DNA of 64,000 nucleotides, taken from the human T2T-CHM13v2.0 reference genome, Homo sapiens. Both the position numbers and the translations under genes were made by a program. Numbering within the stretch: the stretch's first letter is position 1; each line of letters opens with the position of its first letter. Below the pieces are notes generated by a model that did not search any database, was not told the origin of the DNA, and saw only the letters and a list, made by a program, of their open reading frames with translations. The stretch is from NCBI RefSeq assembly GCF_009914755.1, contig NC_060932.1; one strand, given 5' to 3'. Below, piece after piece: positions 1 to 14,145 of this stretch.

Positions 1-585
1 GTTCATTTTTATTAGGTTTTTAAAGTTTGTTTCCATGGCATATGACAGAGGAAATGCTTTCTCTGGAGACCTACTTTAAATTCTTATAAAATGTCATTGA
101 TTAAATTTTCTTAAAGTAAATGTTAGACTCTATCTGGAGTCTTGACTGAAAATGTTCAACACACATACTTTATCCTTTAGCGTTTGGATATTGCGCTTCC
201 CTGTTCTCTTGAGTGCTAAAACAAATTGGATATAATATAATTTCAAAGTGCAAAAAATAAACCACAGAAAGTTACACTCTGCATTCTTGATAGATAATCA
301 TTTAGTATTGTTTGAACACAGGCTTTTGGTTTCTCTGAGTTAAAAAAATTTTAAAGGGAAATCTTTTCCAAACTGTTTACATAAGAAGTGTGGGATAATT
401 TTGATAGCCAATTTTAAAAAGAAAAAATCTGTTTATATATGTTGTTTTATATGTGATGATTTCAGCATATCAAAATAGGATATTAGTATATATTAGCTCA
501 CTAAAAATAATCTGCATAAAATTCTGGGGACCTTGTGTTACCATCTATTGTTCTTCTCACTTTTATTATTTATTTATCATTGCAG

Positions 586-624
586 ATTAAAAAAATCAAC
601 AGAAACTTTCCTGTAAACCAGCAG
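586..624 (+). CDS. Candidate 39-nt phase-0/phase-0 micro-exon (IKKINRNFPVNQQ) of an unidentified host gene
   Basis: Branch-like TTCTCAC at ~554-560, U-rich tract, TTGCAG acceptor ending at 585, CAG|GTAAGA donor at 624/625; length divisible by 3; only frame 0 is stop-free; lies in non-repeat sequence. Confidence 0.5.
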
Positions 625-1219
625 GTAAGATCAAAGCATACTTGGAAAGCTAAATAATATATTTCTTTAATTTTATTGATTATAGAAGATAACGTTACCT
701 GATTTCTAGACAGAAATAATTGGTACTGTCATTTACTATCTTCAGTGAGAAACATACATTTCAGATATCTCCTTCATATTATGTAATATATTGGTTCCTC
801 TACTTATATTAAAAAGTACTTTAAAAATGTTTATCTAAGTCAAAAATTATTGTTTCTACAAAATAATTTATTTGAATACATTGTTGAAGAACTTAGAGTT
901 TTATTTACATATGTTAGTTTTAGTATATCTTAACTTCTGGGAGACCTACTTTTAATTTATCTCAAAATTCAAATGAATTTTTCACAATTTGCTGACAGTA
1001 TTTCAAACGAGTCTAAGTTAATGCATAGAACAAAAATAATTTTGATTATTCAGTTCTATAAACCTCTTACTCTTGATATCAACTTTGATTTGAAACCACT
1101 GACAAATCTAAATATCTATGATAGCTATTTATAAATGATACATAAATTACAAATTAATTTTAATGATAAAAATGTTTAAATGCTCTTCAACTTATAAAAT
1201 GTAAGATATTTTTCTTATC

Positions 1220-1330
1220 TAAACCTCAGTTCCCCTATGTGCAACATTTGTGTAAGGGCGACTATCCTGTAAGTTTATTTTGAGGATTAAATAATAGCAC
1301 ATGTAAAGTTCTCAATCTATGCTATCATTA
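1220..1330 (+). mobile_element. MIR SINE fragment
   Basis: Resembles the MIR core: cctcagttcccct...tgaggattaaataatagcacatgtaaag. Confidence 0.55.
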
Positions 1331-2959
1331 TCATCAAAGTTTCTAAATGTTTACACTTGTTCTTTGGAATACAGAATTTATGTTTTGTAGAAATTGTATC
1401 ATTAATGATGCTGCTAGCCCAAATCAGCCTCCAAAGCCATGTGTAACTAGAACACTGTAGAGAACAGCTTTGGAGAGTTAATTGTGTCTACAATGCTCTG
1501 ATTAGTTCTTTTCAGCTCCAGAGGTCCCCTCCCTCCTACCTTAAGTCCCTCTGCCCTGAGCCAAGTTGATATCTTGGATAAATGCAGAGGTTGGAGAGAT
1601 GTACGTGTCTTGCCACATGCTGCAGCAGCCTGTAGTTGTTTTTAAGGCCCTTACTTACAGTGTGGAAACCAGAGCTGTCACCAGCAGCTTCTGCTTACTT
1701 GCTCTGTAACAACACCTGGGATGTTCCCTTTGTTGCTCCCATGCTGTCCCAGGTGATTCTGGTATGGGTGTCATCTTGAGAACTGCAGATAAGTGTAGTT
1801 CAAGATAGGTGTCATCCTGAGAGCTACAGTTTAATGCTTTTACAGGGTTCCAGTAGAGGGAAAATGTCATTAATAAGAAATTACTCAAATAGAAGAAAGT
1901 ATCAGCTATGAGGGAAGATTATAATGTCCATCAGTAGACAAGGCTGTTTTATAGTCAGATCTTTAAAAATGGAAATCTACTGTTTTGTAAGTTCCTCTCC
2001 AAAATAAAAAATGGTGAATTATTTTTTAATTTAAGAATGACTCTAGAGCTGTGTCGTCACCCTCTCATGCCCTTTCTAAACTCAACATGGGAGATATTAA
2101 TATTGGTGTAATATATTACTACAGAGGTCATTCCGCTGATAGCCCCAAAGCTATTCTGTAATCAATGACAACTACAGCTAACACTTCTCATGTAGTCAGC
2201 TTGCTGACTGGGAGCACTTCTTGCCACCTTTGCTTATACCCAGGTTTAGAATAGTATTAAGTAAAATAAGTGAGAATTTGAATAAATCACACATAGAACA
2301 AGTAATAAAAACTTTAATATTCTAACACTATAATATTCTGACACATACTCATATGTAAGCATAGATGTTCATTAGTATTCATCATTTTTATTTGCTAGCC
2401 TGTTAATATTATTCATTATATAATAATTTCAAATCCAAAATTATATAATTCAAAACTATTTCAGATTTTATTTCAATTATCTTGGCAGCTCACAGTTTTG
2501 AAAATTGTAACAAATTCATCCTGATATTTAAGAAACCTGAAAAGAAGGGTTAATAGACTTTTTTCCTTACTACTTCCCATTGTGTACATGAAGAATTTTA
2601 AGAAATAGGATTAATTTATAGTTAAACATTTATATTATTGCATAATTAGGAAAACTCACTGCACAGTATGATAACAACGCATTAATTGACTAGAGTACAT
2701 TTCCTATTTAGTAAAATCTGAGCCAGTTTTAAAAACACATATAATCCCATTTCTGATGATATCTACATTAAATAACTCCCTCATATTCCTGATGTTCTAG
2801 GTATCAAAACAGAAATTAAAAGTCACCCAAGCTACAATGAATCCGAAGTTCTCTGCTCCCTGAGATTTGATTTTCAATTTGTGCTACCCAGATGGTACCA
2901 CTACCCTAACCAGAGAAATTAAAATGAAAGCAAAACATAGGGAGAAAGCCACTGCGGTC

Positions 2960-3260
2960 CAGCTGAGACAACCGCTAAGATTAGCTCCACATGAACTCTG
3001 CCACACTCCAGAATGCATAAGGCTTTCAGACACTGTGTCTGAAGAAGAGAGTTGGGCCCAAAATTATAAACCATATGAGGAAATAAACCATTATAAAGAA
3101 ATGCATAATCTAGACACTAAAGAACTATCCAAAATATTTTTAATCATGATTTTTTAAATAAAGAAATCAAAATCATAAGACAAGAAGAGGACATGGTGCT
3201 AAAATTTGTAGTTGTAAAAAAAACCAAACAGGAGTTCAAAAATGAAAAAAAAACCTACAT
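2960..3260 (+). mobile_element. Possible very old L1/HAL1 5'-ORF1 region fragment
   Basis: A-rich, with weak resemblance to old L1 ORF1 start (caaaaattataaaccatatgagga...); boundaries uncertain. Confidence 0.25.
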
Positions 3261-3416
3261 TTAAAATTAGTTAACCAACTAAATAATCTTAGTTATTGCC
3301 TCCACTTGAAATCATATTAGTGTATCTCCTACTTCACTTTTCATGAGGAGTAAGTTTTCCATTTTTTCTATGCATCTGGAACACATTCATGTGCTTTTGT
3401 TCTATTAAGATTCTGA

Positions 3417-3785
<369 letters not shown>

Positions 3786-4444
3786 TGAAAAGATGAAAGG
3801 CGGGACAGTTGTCTTGCTGATGAACAAAACAGGGATAACTGAATGGAAGTCAAGTGATGTTGTGATAATTCTCTCAATGTATTAGAGGTAAAGGCATATA
3901 GGCCCAGACAACCAGGCCTACATCACACTACTATATGTACCTAGACCATTAGGTTATAATTTATTATGTGTGTCATTTTTACTCATTTTTAACTGAAATT
4001 TCTTCATCCTGAAATATATCTCATTCCTCCCACAAAAATATCATTTTTCAATAAGTTTCTTCTATAATTACCTGGGAGTAACATTATAAAGTATTAATTT
4101 GTCATTAAAATATTAATATAGTGAGCTTTATATTAGGCAGTATACAAAATAATATAATCAAATTATTTATATTAGTTTAAATTAATAAGGTTATACTTAT
4201 TTAAAATAACATATTAGCTCTGGTAGCTATTCCTATAGAAATATTGACATTTGACGAACCATAATAATTTGGACACATTATTATAGATGTGTACATACCA
4301 TACATAGAATGTTGGCAGCTGGAATTAAAAGTGACTAGAGTCACTAGTCATGCTGGGGAGAATTAGGGAATTACAGGACACTTTAAAAATCTATTTCTGT
4401 AGTGGTATCAGAAAAGAAAGAAAAGTAGGATAAATTTTGTCAGT

Positions 4445-4630
4445 TTTGCTTCTCTATAAAAGCAACAGAAAAATGGCAAAAATAGAATCAACTTTTAACA
4501 AATATGGAAATTCACAAAGGCTCACTGAACCCAGGGAGCATTTATTCAAGAAAAACAGCTGAGTCTTGGTAAGAACAGTAAGCTTTGTGGCATTATAACT
4601 GGACCTGGTCCCAACCCCTCTCTTTTCTCT
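4445..4630 (+). mobile_element. Old L1M 5'-region fragment
   Basis: cccagggagcatttattcaagaaaaacagctgagtcttggtaagaacagtaagctttgtggcatt matches a recalled old L1M 5' end consensus. Confidence 0.55.
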
Positions 4631-4726
4631 GGCAATATGTTGGCTTACATAATAATGATGCATACCCTAAAATTTATAATCTAATCAGTTGTATATTTAA
4701 TTCATGAAATTTTAGCTTTATTGAAG

Positions 4727-4727
<1 letters not shown>

Positions 4728-4764
<37 letters not shown>
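4728..4764. repeat. (TG)~18 microsatellite
   Basis: Perfect dinucleotide run. Confidence 0.98.
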
Positions 4765-4766
<2 letters not shown>

Positions 4767-5394
4767 TTAGACAAAATATTCTATTAATGAAACTGACAAT
4801 TGGTCTTTATTTTTGGGGAATGTCAAAAATCTATTTTTTTCAATTTGAGAAAGAAACTCTCCTAGTTCTTTATACATTCAATTTATTAATGTTAAAAACA
4901 CATTATAGAGTCACACAATCTGAAGATAATGAGCCTGTTTTTGTTCTGGTCTATTTCATAACACTTGGTGATAAAATATGCTGGCACTTTATGATCTAAA
5001 GGAGAATCCACCTCAAAAAAAGTAATGTGTCTGTATAAATTAACTCTTGGAAAATCAACCAGCTCATAAATCATTTGATAACAAACATGATGGATATTTC
5101 CCAGGAAAAAGAGGTGTAAATGTTATTTTAAGTTAAACTAAAGGAGCCCACACCTAATTATGTAAAAATTTATGTATTACAGTTAAAATAAAATATACAC
5201 TTCAGAAGACTTGGAAAAGTGTTATTCAAATAATAGAAAGTTGTATATGTGTGTGTGTTGAATTTATACACATAAGTACCTGGGTTTCATTATTGAAAGA
5301 ACTGTCTTAATTCTCATTGGCTTTCTTTTCTAAATATATAGATTTTCAAAATCCTGAGGGAGCGGGGAACAAATGTAGCAAAATTGTCTTGTTT

Positions 5395-6440
5395 TACATT
5401 TTCCAGATTGTTATATAAATGGGATCATACTGTATGTATGAATTTTTGTGGCTTCTTTCATACAGCATAATTCTTTTTAATATTGCTCATTTAGCAGCGT
5501 GCATCAATCCATCATTCTTTCTAATGCTGGGTAGTATTTTATCGGTGGCTCTACTACCATTTGTGTATTGTGTATTATCCCATTAATGCACATTTGCTTC
5601 ATTTTAAGTTTTAGTGTATTACAGATAAAGCTGATATAAATATTTATGAAAAGTCTTTGTCTTGACATATGTTTTTATTATATTTGGGTAAAATCCTAGT
5701 AGTGTAATAACTCAATATTATGGTTGTGTATTTTGAACATTTTAAGAAACTGCAGAACTGTTTTCCGAAGGGTTTTACATTTCACATTGACACTAGCAGG
5801 GTAAAGATAATCTCGTAGATATCCCTATGGTCAGGCTTTTAATTTTTGGACATTCTAATAGATGTGTCATGATCTGTTAAATTTTAATTTACATTTCTCT
5901 ATAGAATAATGATGTTGAGCATCTTTTCATGTGCTTATTTGACATCTGTATATATTCTTTTGTGAATTATCTCTTCAAATGTTGCCCAAGGACAGAATTT
6001 TTTAAATTTGATGAATTCCAATTCACTGTATTTTAATGAGTCATGCTTTTGAAATTGTATTTAGTAAATATCTGCCTAACACAGGAAATAAATTTTCAAC
6101 TATTTTTTATCCTAGGTTTTTTACAGTATTCTTTTTATTTTTAATCTATGATTTATTTTTATTTAACACTTGTTTCAAAAGTGAGGTATAGATTAAAGCT
6201 ATTTTTAAGGGGAGGTACAATAGTTCCAGCATATGTGTTGAAAGTATTATTCTTTCTTCACTGTATTATTATTCCTCTACCAAAATACAAATTGATCACA
6301 TACATGTGGGCCTATTTCTGGACTCCAAATGCTGTTGCCTTGGTCTATTTGTATCTCATGACACAAATACAAAACCGTCTTGAATACTGTAGTACTACGA
6401 TGTCTAACATGAGTAGTGTAAGTCCCCTAGCTTTGTAATT
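5395..6440 (-). mobile_element. Old L1M (L1MC/MD/ME-age) 3' UTR and ORF2 3' end; left arm of the outermost nested L1
   Basis: L1 antisense motifs (tatataaatgggatcatac, gatgttgagcatcttttcatgtgcttattt, gtgaggtatag); the element resumes at ~15820. Confidence 0.8.
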
Positions 6441-6479
6441 ATTTGCTGTTGTTGATAAAACTTCTAATATTTTTTATTA

Positions 6480-8690
6480 ATGTTTTTATATAATTGAAAC
6501 ATAATAATTGTACACATGTTTGGGGGACAGTGTAATATTTCAAATCATATATACACTGTATAATGAGTCAATCAGAGTAATTGCCAAATCCATCACTTTA
6601 AACATTTATCATTTATTTTGGTAGTAACATTCAAAATCTCCTCTAGCTATGCTGAAGTTTACACTACATGGTTATTTGCTGTAGTTACCCTACTGTGTAA
6701 TAGAACATCAGAACTTACTCTTCCTGTGTAACTGTAACTTTGTACCCACAGGCGAACCTCTCCCAATCTCCCCTCACTCTTCCCCTCCCTAGCCTCTGGT
6801 AACCACTATTGTACTCTCTACTTGTATGAGATCAACTTTTTTTTCGATAACACTGATGATTGAGATCATGTGATGTTTGTCTTTCTATGCATGGGTCATT
6901 TTACTTAACATAATGTCTTCCAAGTTCATTCATGTTGCTGTGAATGACAAGATTTCATTCCCTTGTATAGCTGCAGAGAATATATACATATATATATACA
7001 CACACATATATATACATATATACACGTATATATACACATATATATACATATATACACGTATATATACACATATACACGTATATATACACATATATACATA
7101 TATACATATATACATATATACATATATACATATATATATGCCACATGTTCTTTATTCATTCATCTGTATATGAACATTTAAGTTGATACCATATCTCAGC
7201 TATTTTGAATAGTGTTGCTTATTGGGAGTGCAGCTATCTCTTTGACATACTGATTTCATGGTCTTTTGAGTGTATACTCAGTAATGGATTGCTGGATCAT
7301 GTGGTAATTCAATTTTGATTTTTTGAGGAACCACCATACTGTTTTCCATAATGGGTGTACCAATTTACATTCCCAACAACAGTACAAAAGAGTTGCCCTT
7401 TCTTCACATCCTTTCCAACATTTGTTATTTTTTTTGTCTTGTTTTTTGATAATAGTCATTTGAACTGGTGTGAGGTGATACCTCATTTTGGTTTTGATTT
7501 GTATTTCACTAATGATTAGTGATTTTGAGCATTTTTAAATGTAAATGTTGGCCATTTGTATGTATTCTTTTGAGAAATGTCTATTCAGATCTTTTGCCCA
7601 TTTTAAAATCCAATTACATGGTTTCTTGCTATTGAGTTTTTTGAGCTTCTTATATATTACGGTTATTAATATCTTGTCTGTGAGTTGTCTCTTCACTTTG
7701 TTGGTTATTTCCTTTGATGAGCAGAAGTTTTTTGTTTGTTCGTTTGTTTGTTTTTGTTTTTTGTTTTTTTTTAGTTTGATGCAATCCCATTTGTCTATTT
7801 TTGCTATTGTCACCTGTGCTTTTGAAGTCTTATTTTAAAAACTCCTTGCCCAGCCCAATTTCATGAAGCAATTTCCCTATGCTTTCTTCAAGTGCTTCCA
7901 TAGTTTCAGGTCTTACTTAAAGTTCAAGTCTTACTTAAATTTAAGTCTTTAAGACATTTTGATTTGATTTTTGTGTGTGGTGAGAGATAGGGGTCTAGTT
8001 TCATTTTTCTGAGTATAGACATGCAGTTTTCCCAACATTGTTATTGAAAAAACTGTTCTTTCCCTAATATGTGTTCTTGACACTTTTGTTGGCTATAAGT
8101 GTATTGATTTATTCTTAGGTTTTCTTTTCTGTTCCATTGGTTTATGTATCTGTTTTTATGCCAGAACCATACATTTTATTTACTATATCTTTGTAGTATA
8201 CTTTTAAAGTCATGTCGTGTGATGCCTTAACTTTGTTCTTTGTGTTCAAGATGGCTTTGACTACTGGGAGTCTTTTACATTTCCATATGAATTTGAACAT
8301 TGCTTTAAAAAATCTGTGAAAATGGCATTGTCATTTGATAAGGATTTCATTAAATATGTAGATGGCTTTGGTTAATATTGACATTTTAATAATATTAATT
8401 ATCCCAATCCATGAACACAGACTACCTTTCTATTTGTTTGGATTCCCTCCAATTTCTTTCATCAATGCTTTATAGTTTTTATTATAGAGATCTTTCATTT
8501 TTCTGGCTAAGTTTATTCTTAAGTATTTCTCTGTGGCCATTGTAAATGAAATTGCTTCCTAATTTTTTTATGATAGGTTGCTATTGGTGTAGGGAAATAC
8601 TACTAATTCTATGTTGATTGCATATTCTGCAAATTTACTAAAGTCATTCATTAGTTATAACAACTTTTTGGAGTCTTTAAGGTTTTCTAC
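6480..8690 (-). mobile_element. L1MA (about L1MA5-8) 3' end and ORF2; left arm of the middle nested L1
   Basis: L1MA-type 3' UTR; ORFs 7256-7486 (MRYHLTP...[18 protein letters not shown]2 C-terminal Cys-rich region) and 7535-7813 (IDKWDCIKLK...KWAKDLNRHFSKE). Confidence 0.9.
6981..7140. repeat. Compound (TA)n/(CA)n/(CATATA)n microsatellite inside the L1 3' UTR
   Basis: About 160 bp of near-pure alternating purine-pyrimidine sequence with recurring TATACACGTA units. Confidence 0.95.
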
Positions 8691-10594
8691 ATCTATGGTA
8701 GGTGTGTATATTTATTGGGTGCAAGAGGTACTTTAATATAGGCATGCAATGCATAATAATCACATCATGGAAAATGGAGTGTTTATCCTCCATCCAGTTT
8801 TCCCAGCACCATTGATTGAAGAGACTGTCATTTCCGCCAATGTATATTCTTGGTACACTTGTTGGAAATGAATTCACTGTAGGTGTATAAACTTGTTTCT
8901 GGGTTCTCTATTCTGTTCCAATGATCTGTGTGTCTGTTTTTAACAGTACCATGCCATTTTTCTTACTATATCTCTATAGTATAATTAGAAATGAAGTAAT
9001 GTGATTCCTCTAGTTTTCTTCTTTTTGCTCAGGATAGCTTTGTTTATTCTGGATATTTTGTGGTTCCAAATAAATTTTAGGATTGTTTTTCTATTTATGT
9101 AAAGAATGTCATTGGCATTTTGTTAGGAATTGCATTGAGTCTGTAGATTGCTTTGGGTAGTATGGACATTTTAATAATATTGATTCTTCAAATCCATGAA
9201 TATAAAATGTCTTTCTTTTTTTGCATCCTTTTTAATTTCTTTCACCAATGTTTTATAGTTTTCTTTGAGGTGATCTTTCATTTCTTTGTTATTTGTGACT
9301 ATTACAAATGGGGTTACAGTTTTGATTTCATTTTCAGATTGTTCACTGTTGGCATTTAGAAATCCCACTGATTTTTGTATGTTGATTTTAAATCCTACAG
9401 CCTTAATGAATTTGTTTATCAGTTCTAATAGTTTTTTGGTGTCTTTGGATTTTTCCAAACAAGGATAATTTGACTTCTTCTTTTCCAATTTCGATGCTGT
9501 TTATTTCTTTCTCTTCTTTGATTGCTCTAGCTAGGACTTCCAGTACTATTTTGAGTAACAGTTGGGAAAGTGGGCTTGTCATGATCCAGACAAAGATGCT
9601 TTCAAGAAAGGCTTTCAGTTTTTCTCTATTCATTATAATACTACCTTGGGTCTGTAATACATGGATTTTATCATGTTGAGATATGTTCCTTGTATTCCCG
9701 GTATTTTTTAATCATGAAGGGATATTGAATTTTATCAAATGTTTTTACAGCATCAATTGAAATGATCATATGGTTGTTGTTCCTCATTCTGTTGACATGA
9801 TGTGTCACATTGATTGATTTGTGTATGTTAAACCATTGTTGAATCTCTGTGATAAATCCCACTTGGTCATGATGAATGATCTTTTTAGTGTGTTGAATTT
9901 GCGTTGACAGTATTTTGTTGAGGATTTTTGCATCAGTTTTCATCAGAAATATTGGCCTGTAATTTTTTTTTTCAGATATGCCTTTGTCTGATTTTGGTAT
10001 GAGGGAAAACTGTCCTTATAGAATAAGTTTGGAAGTATTCACTTCTCCATTTTTTGGAAGAGTTTAAGTAGGATTGGTATTAGTTCTTTAAATGTTTGAT
10101 AGAATTTAGCAGTGAAGCCATTGGGTCCTCAGATTTTCTTTACTGGGAGACTCATTAGAGCTCCAATCTCCTTCTTTGTGATTGGTATGGTTTGGTATTG
10201 GATTCTTCCTGATTCAATCTTGGTAAGTTGTATATGTCTACGAATTTACCTATTTCCTTTGGATTTTCCAATTTATTGCCATATATTTTTGCTCATAATA
10301 GCAAATATATAAATTTCTATTGAATTTATGTGGTATCAGTTGTAATTAGAAATTCATCTCTAATTTTATTTATTTGGTTCTTCTTTCTTTTTTTCTTAGT
10401 TTTGGTAAAGGTTTGTCAATATTATTTATCTGTTTAAAAAACAACTTTTCACTTTGTTATCTTTTGTATTGTTTTATTTGTTTATTTGTATATAATTTAT
10501 TTCTGCTCTGATCTTTATTCTATTTTTTTTTCCTTCTACTAATATTGGGTTTGGTTTGCTGTTGCTTGTCTAGTTCTTTAAGGCATATTAGGCT

Positions 10595-10858
10595 AGCTGG
10601 GCACGGTGGCTCACTCCTGTAATCCTAGGACTTTGGGAGGCCAAGGTGGGCAGATTATGAGGTCAAGAGATTGAGACCATCCTGGCCAACATGGTGAAAC
10701 CCCATCTCTACTGAAAATACAAGAAACATTAGTTGGGCATGGTGGCATGCACCTGTAGTCCCAGCTGCTTGGGAGAATCGCTTGAACCTGGGAGGTGGAG
10801 GTTTCAGTGAGCCGAGATCGCGTCACTTCACTCCAGCCTGGTGACAGAGCCAGCGAGA

Positions 10859-10892
<34 letters not shown>
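10595..10892 (+). mobile_element. AluS (Sc-like) inserted in L1 ORF2, with a small right-arm deletion and a long pure poly-A
   Basis: gaggtcaagagattgagaccatcctggccaacatgg; TSD AAGGCATATTAGGCT (10580-10594) / AAGACATGTTAGGCT (10891-10905). Confidence 0.95.
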
Positions 10893-10894
<2 letters not shown>

Positions 10895-13844
10895 CATGTT
10901 AGGCTATTAAGCTATTTCTTTGAAGGCTTTTTGTTTGTTTGGCTTTGTTTTTTATGTAGGCACTTATAGCTATAAATTTTCCTCTTAGCTCTGCTTTTGC
11001 TGCATCCCATAGGTTTTATTATGTTGTGTTTCCATTACCATTTGTTTCAAGAGGTTTTTCAATTTCCCTCTTAATTTCTTCATTGACCAACTGGTCATTC
11101 AGGAGCATGTGCTTAATTTCCATGTGTTTGTATGGCTTCTAAAATTCCTCTTGTTATTTATTTCTAATTTCATTCCATTGCAGTCAGAGAAAATGCTTGA
11201 GATGATTTTAATTTTTTCAGTATTTTCAGACATGTTTTGTTAGCTGACATATGGTATCTCCTTTAGAATAATCTATGTGCTGAGGAGAAGAATGTTTATT
11301 CTGAAGCTGTTGGATGAAATATTCTGTAAATATTTATTAGGTTCATTTGTTCTAAAGTGCAAGATTAAATATGATTTTCTTTGTTGATTTTCTTTCTGGA
11401 AGATTTGTCCAGTGCTGAAAGTTGGGTGTTGAAGTGTGTAGCTATTCTTGTATTGAGATCTGTCTCTCTTTTTTACTTTAATAATATTTACTTTCTATAT
11501 CTGGGTGCTTTGGTACTGGGTGCATATGTAATTGCTATATCCTCTTGATGAATTTAACTTTTTATCATTATATAGTAACTTTCTTTGTCTCCTCTTGTAG
11601 TTTTTGTCTTGAAATATATTTTGTCTGGTATAAGTATAGCTACTTCTGCTATTTTTTGTTTCAATTAGCATGGAATATCTTTCATTATTCCTTTATTTTC
11701 AGTCTTTGTGTATCTTCAGAGGTGAAGTGTGTTTACATTAAGCAACAGATAATTGAGTCTTCTTTTTTTAATCCATTCTGCCACTCTATGTCTTTTGATT
11801 GAGAGGTTAGTCTATTTACATTCAATGTTATTATTGATAAGTAAGGACTTACTCTTATTTTGCTATTTGTTTTCTTGTTGTTTTGTGGTCTTCTCATTCT
11901 TATTTCCTTTCATCTAGTCTTCCTTTTAGTTAACATGATTTTATCTGGTGGTATGATTTAAATTCTTTTTTATATTATTTGTGTATCCATTGTATGGTTT
12001 TCAATTTGAGGTTGCCATGAGGATTGATAGAGTATCTTAAAACTCGTAATTTTAAACTAATGACAACTTAAAAATTGTTGCATAAACCAAAACTAATATA
12101 AACTCTACACTTTAACTTCTTCCTCCAACTTTTTAACTTGTTGTTTCTCTTTATGTCTTATAGTACTGTTTGTCTTGAAAAGTTGTAGTTATTATTTTTG
12201 ATTGGTTTATCATTTAGTCTTTCTACTTAAGATGAATAGTTTACACACCACAATTACAGTGTTATAATAGTTTGTGTTTTTCTGTTTGCTTACTATTACT
12301 AGTGAGTTTTGTACTTTCAGGTGATTTTTTCTTGTTCATTAACATCATTTTCTTTCATGTCGACAAACTGCTTATAGCATTTCTTGTAGGACAGGTCTGG
12401 TGTTGATGAAATCCCTAAGCTTTTGTTTGTCTGGGAAGGTCTTTATTTCTTCCTCATGCTTAATGCATATTTTCACTGGATATACTATTCTAATGTAATA
12501 GTTATTTTCCTTCATCGCTTTAAACATGCTGTGCTAGCCTCTACTGGCCTGTCAGGTTTCCACTGAAAAGTCAGCTGCCAGATGTATTGGAGCTCCACTG
12601 TAAGGTATTTTTTTTTTTTTTTTCAGTTCTCTTGCTGGTTTTAGAGTTCTTTCATTTTCTCTGGCCTTTGGAAGTTTGATTGTTAAATGCCTTGAGATTG
12701 TCTTCTTTAGATGAAGTCCACTTGGTGCTTTATAACCTTCTTGTACTTGAATGTTATCTTTCTCTATGTTTTGGAAGTTCTCTATTATTATTTCTTTGAA
12801 TAAACTTTCCACTCTTATCTCTTTCTCTACCTTCTCTTTCAGACCAATAACTTTTAGATTTGCCTTTTCAAGGCTATTTTCTTGATCTTGTGAATGTGCT
12901 TGATTAATTTGTTTTTCCATTGTCTCTTCTGTGATTTTCAAATAACCTGTCATCAAGGTCACTAATTCTCTTTTCTGCTCCACAGTTCTGCTATTAAGAC
13001 ACTCTGATGCATTCTTCAGTAGGTCAGTTGCATTTTTCAACTCTAGAATTTCTGCTTGATTCTTTTAAACCATTTCAATCACTTTGTGAAATTTATTTGA
13101 TAGAATTCTAAATTCCTTCTCTGTGTTGTCTTAAATCGCTTTGAGTTTCTTCAAACCAGCTACTTTGAATTTTCTTTGTGAAAGGTCATACATCTGTATT
13201 TCTCCAGGACTTGTCCTTAGTGTCTTATTTATTTTTTTTGGAGAAGTTATGTTTTCCTGGATAGTCTTGATGCTTATGGAGGTTTGTCAGCATCTGGGCA
13301 TTGAAAATTTGGATATTTATTGTAGTCCTCACAGTCTAGGCTTGTTAGTACCTTTCTTTCTTGGGGAGGCTTTCCAGCTATTCGATGCAACTTGGACCCC
13401 AAGACCAATAACAGTGATTCTTGCAGACTCATAGGTGTGCTGACTTGGTGGCCTTGGATAAGATCAGAAGAATTATCTGGTTTTCAGAAAGACATTTTTG
13501 TTCTCTTCTCTTACTTTTTTCCCAAAAAGAAGACTCCCTCTCTGTGCTGATCAGCTTAGAACTGGAGGATGGGTGATGCAAGACCCCTGTGGCCACCATC
13601 ATTAGGACTGCACTGGGTCAAACCCGAAGCCAGCAGAGCACTGAGTCTAGCTCAAGGCCAGCTGTGATCACTACCTGGCTACCACCTAGGTTCACTCAAA
13701 GCCCTAGGGCTCTACAGTCAGCAAGTGAGGAAGCCAGCAAGGGTAATGTCTTGTACTTCAGGGCAGTGAGTACCTCCATGACCCAGAAGGGTTCAGACAT
13801 GTTTTCTAGGGGCCAGGGACTAGAGTCAAAAACCTTAGAAATCT

Positions 13845-14145
13845 ACTGGGTACAGAGGCTCATGCCTGTAATCCTAGCACTTTGGGAGGCTGAGGCAGGC
13901 AGATCACTTTAGCTCAGGAGTTTGAGATCATCCTGGGCACTTGATGAAACTCATCTGTACTTAAAAATACAAAAATTAGCTGGGCATGATGGCACATGCC
14001 TGTAGTCCCAGCTACAGGGGGCTGAGGTGGGAGGATCACTTGAGCCCAGCAGGTGGAGGTTGCAGTGAGCCAAGATCACACCACTGCACTTCAGCCTAGA
14101 TGACAGAGGAAGACCCTCTTTCAAAAAAGAAAGAAAAAAAAAAAG
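13845..14145 (+). mobile_element. AluJ inserted in the L1 5' UTR
   Basis: J-type gtgggaggatcacttgagccc; TSD AAAACCTTAGAAAT(C/A)TA at 13829-13845 and 14146-14162. Confidence 0.93.

Noticed and set aside
6877-7181. Overlapping Y/I/H-rich ORFs on both strands
   Set aside because: Artefact of the stop-free (TA/CA)n microsatellite
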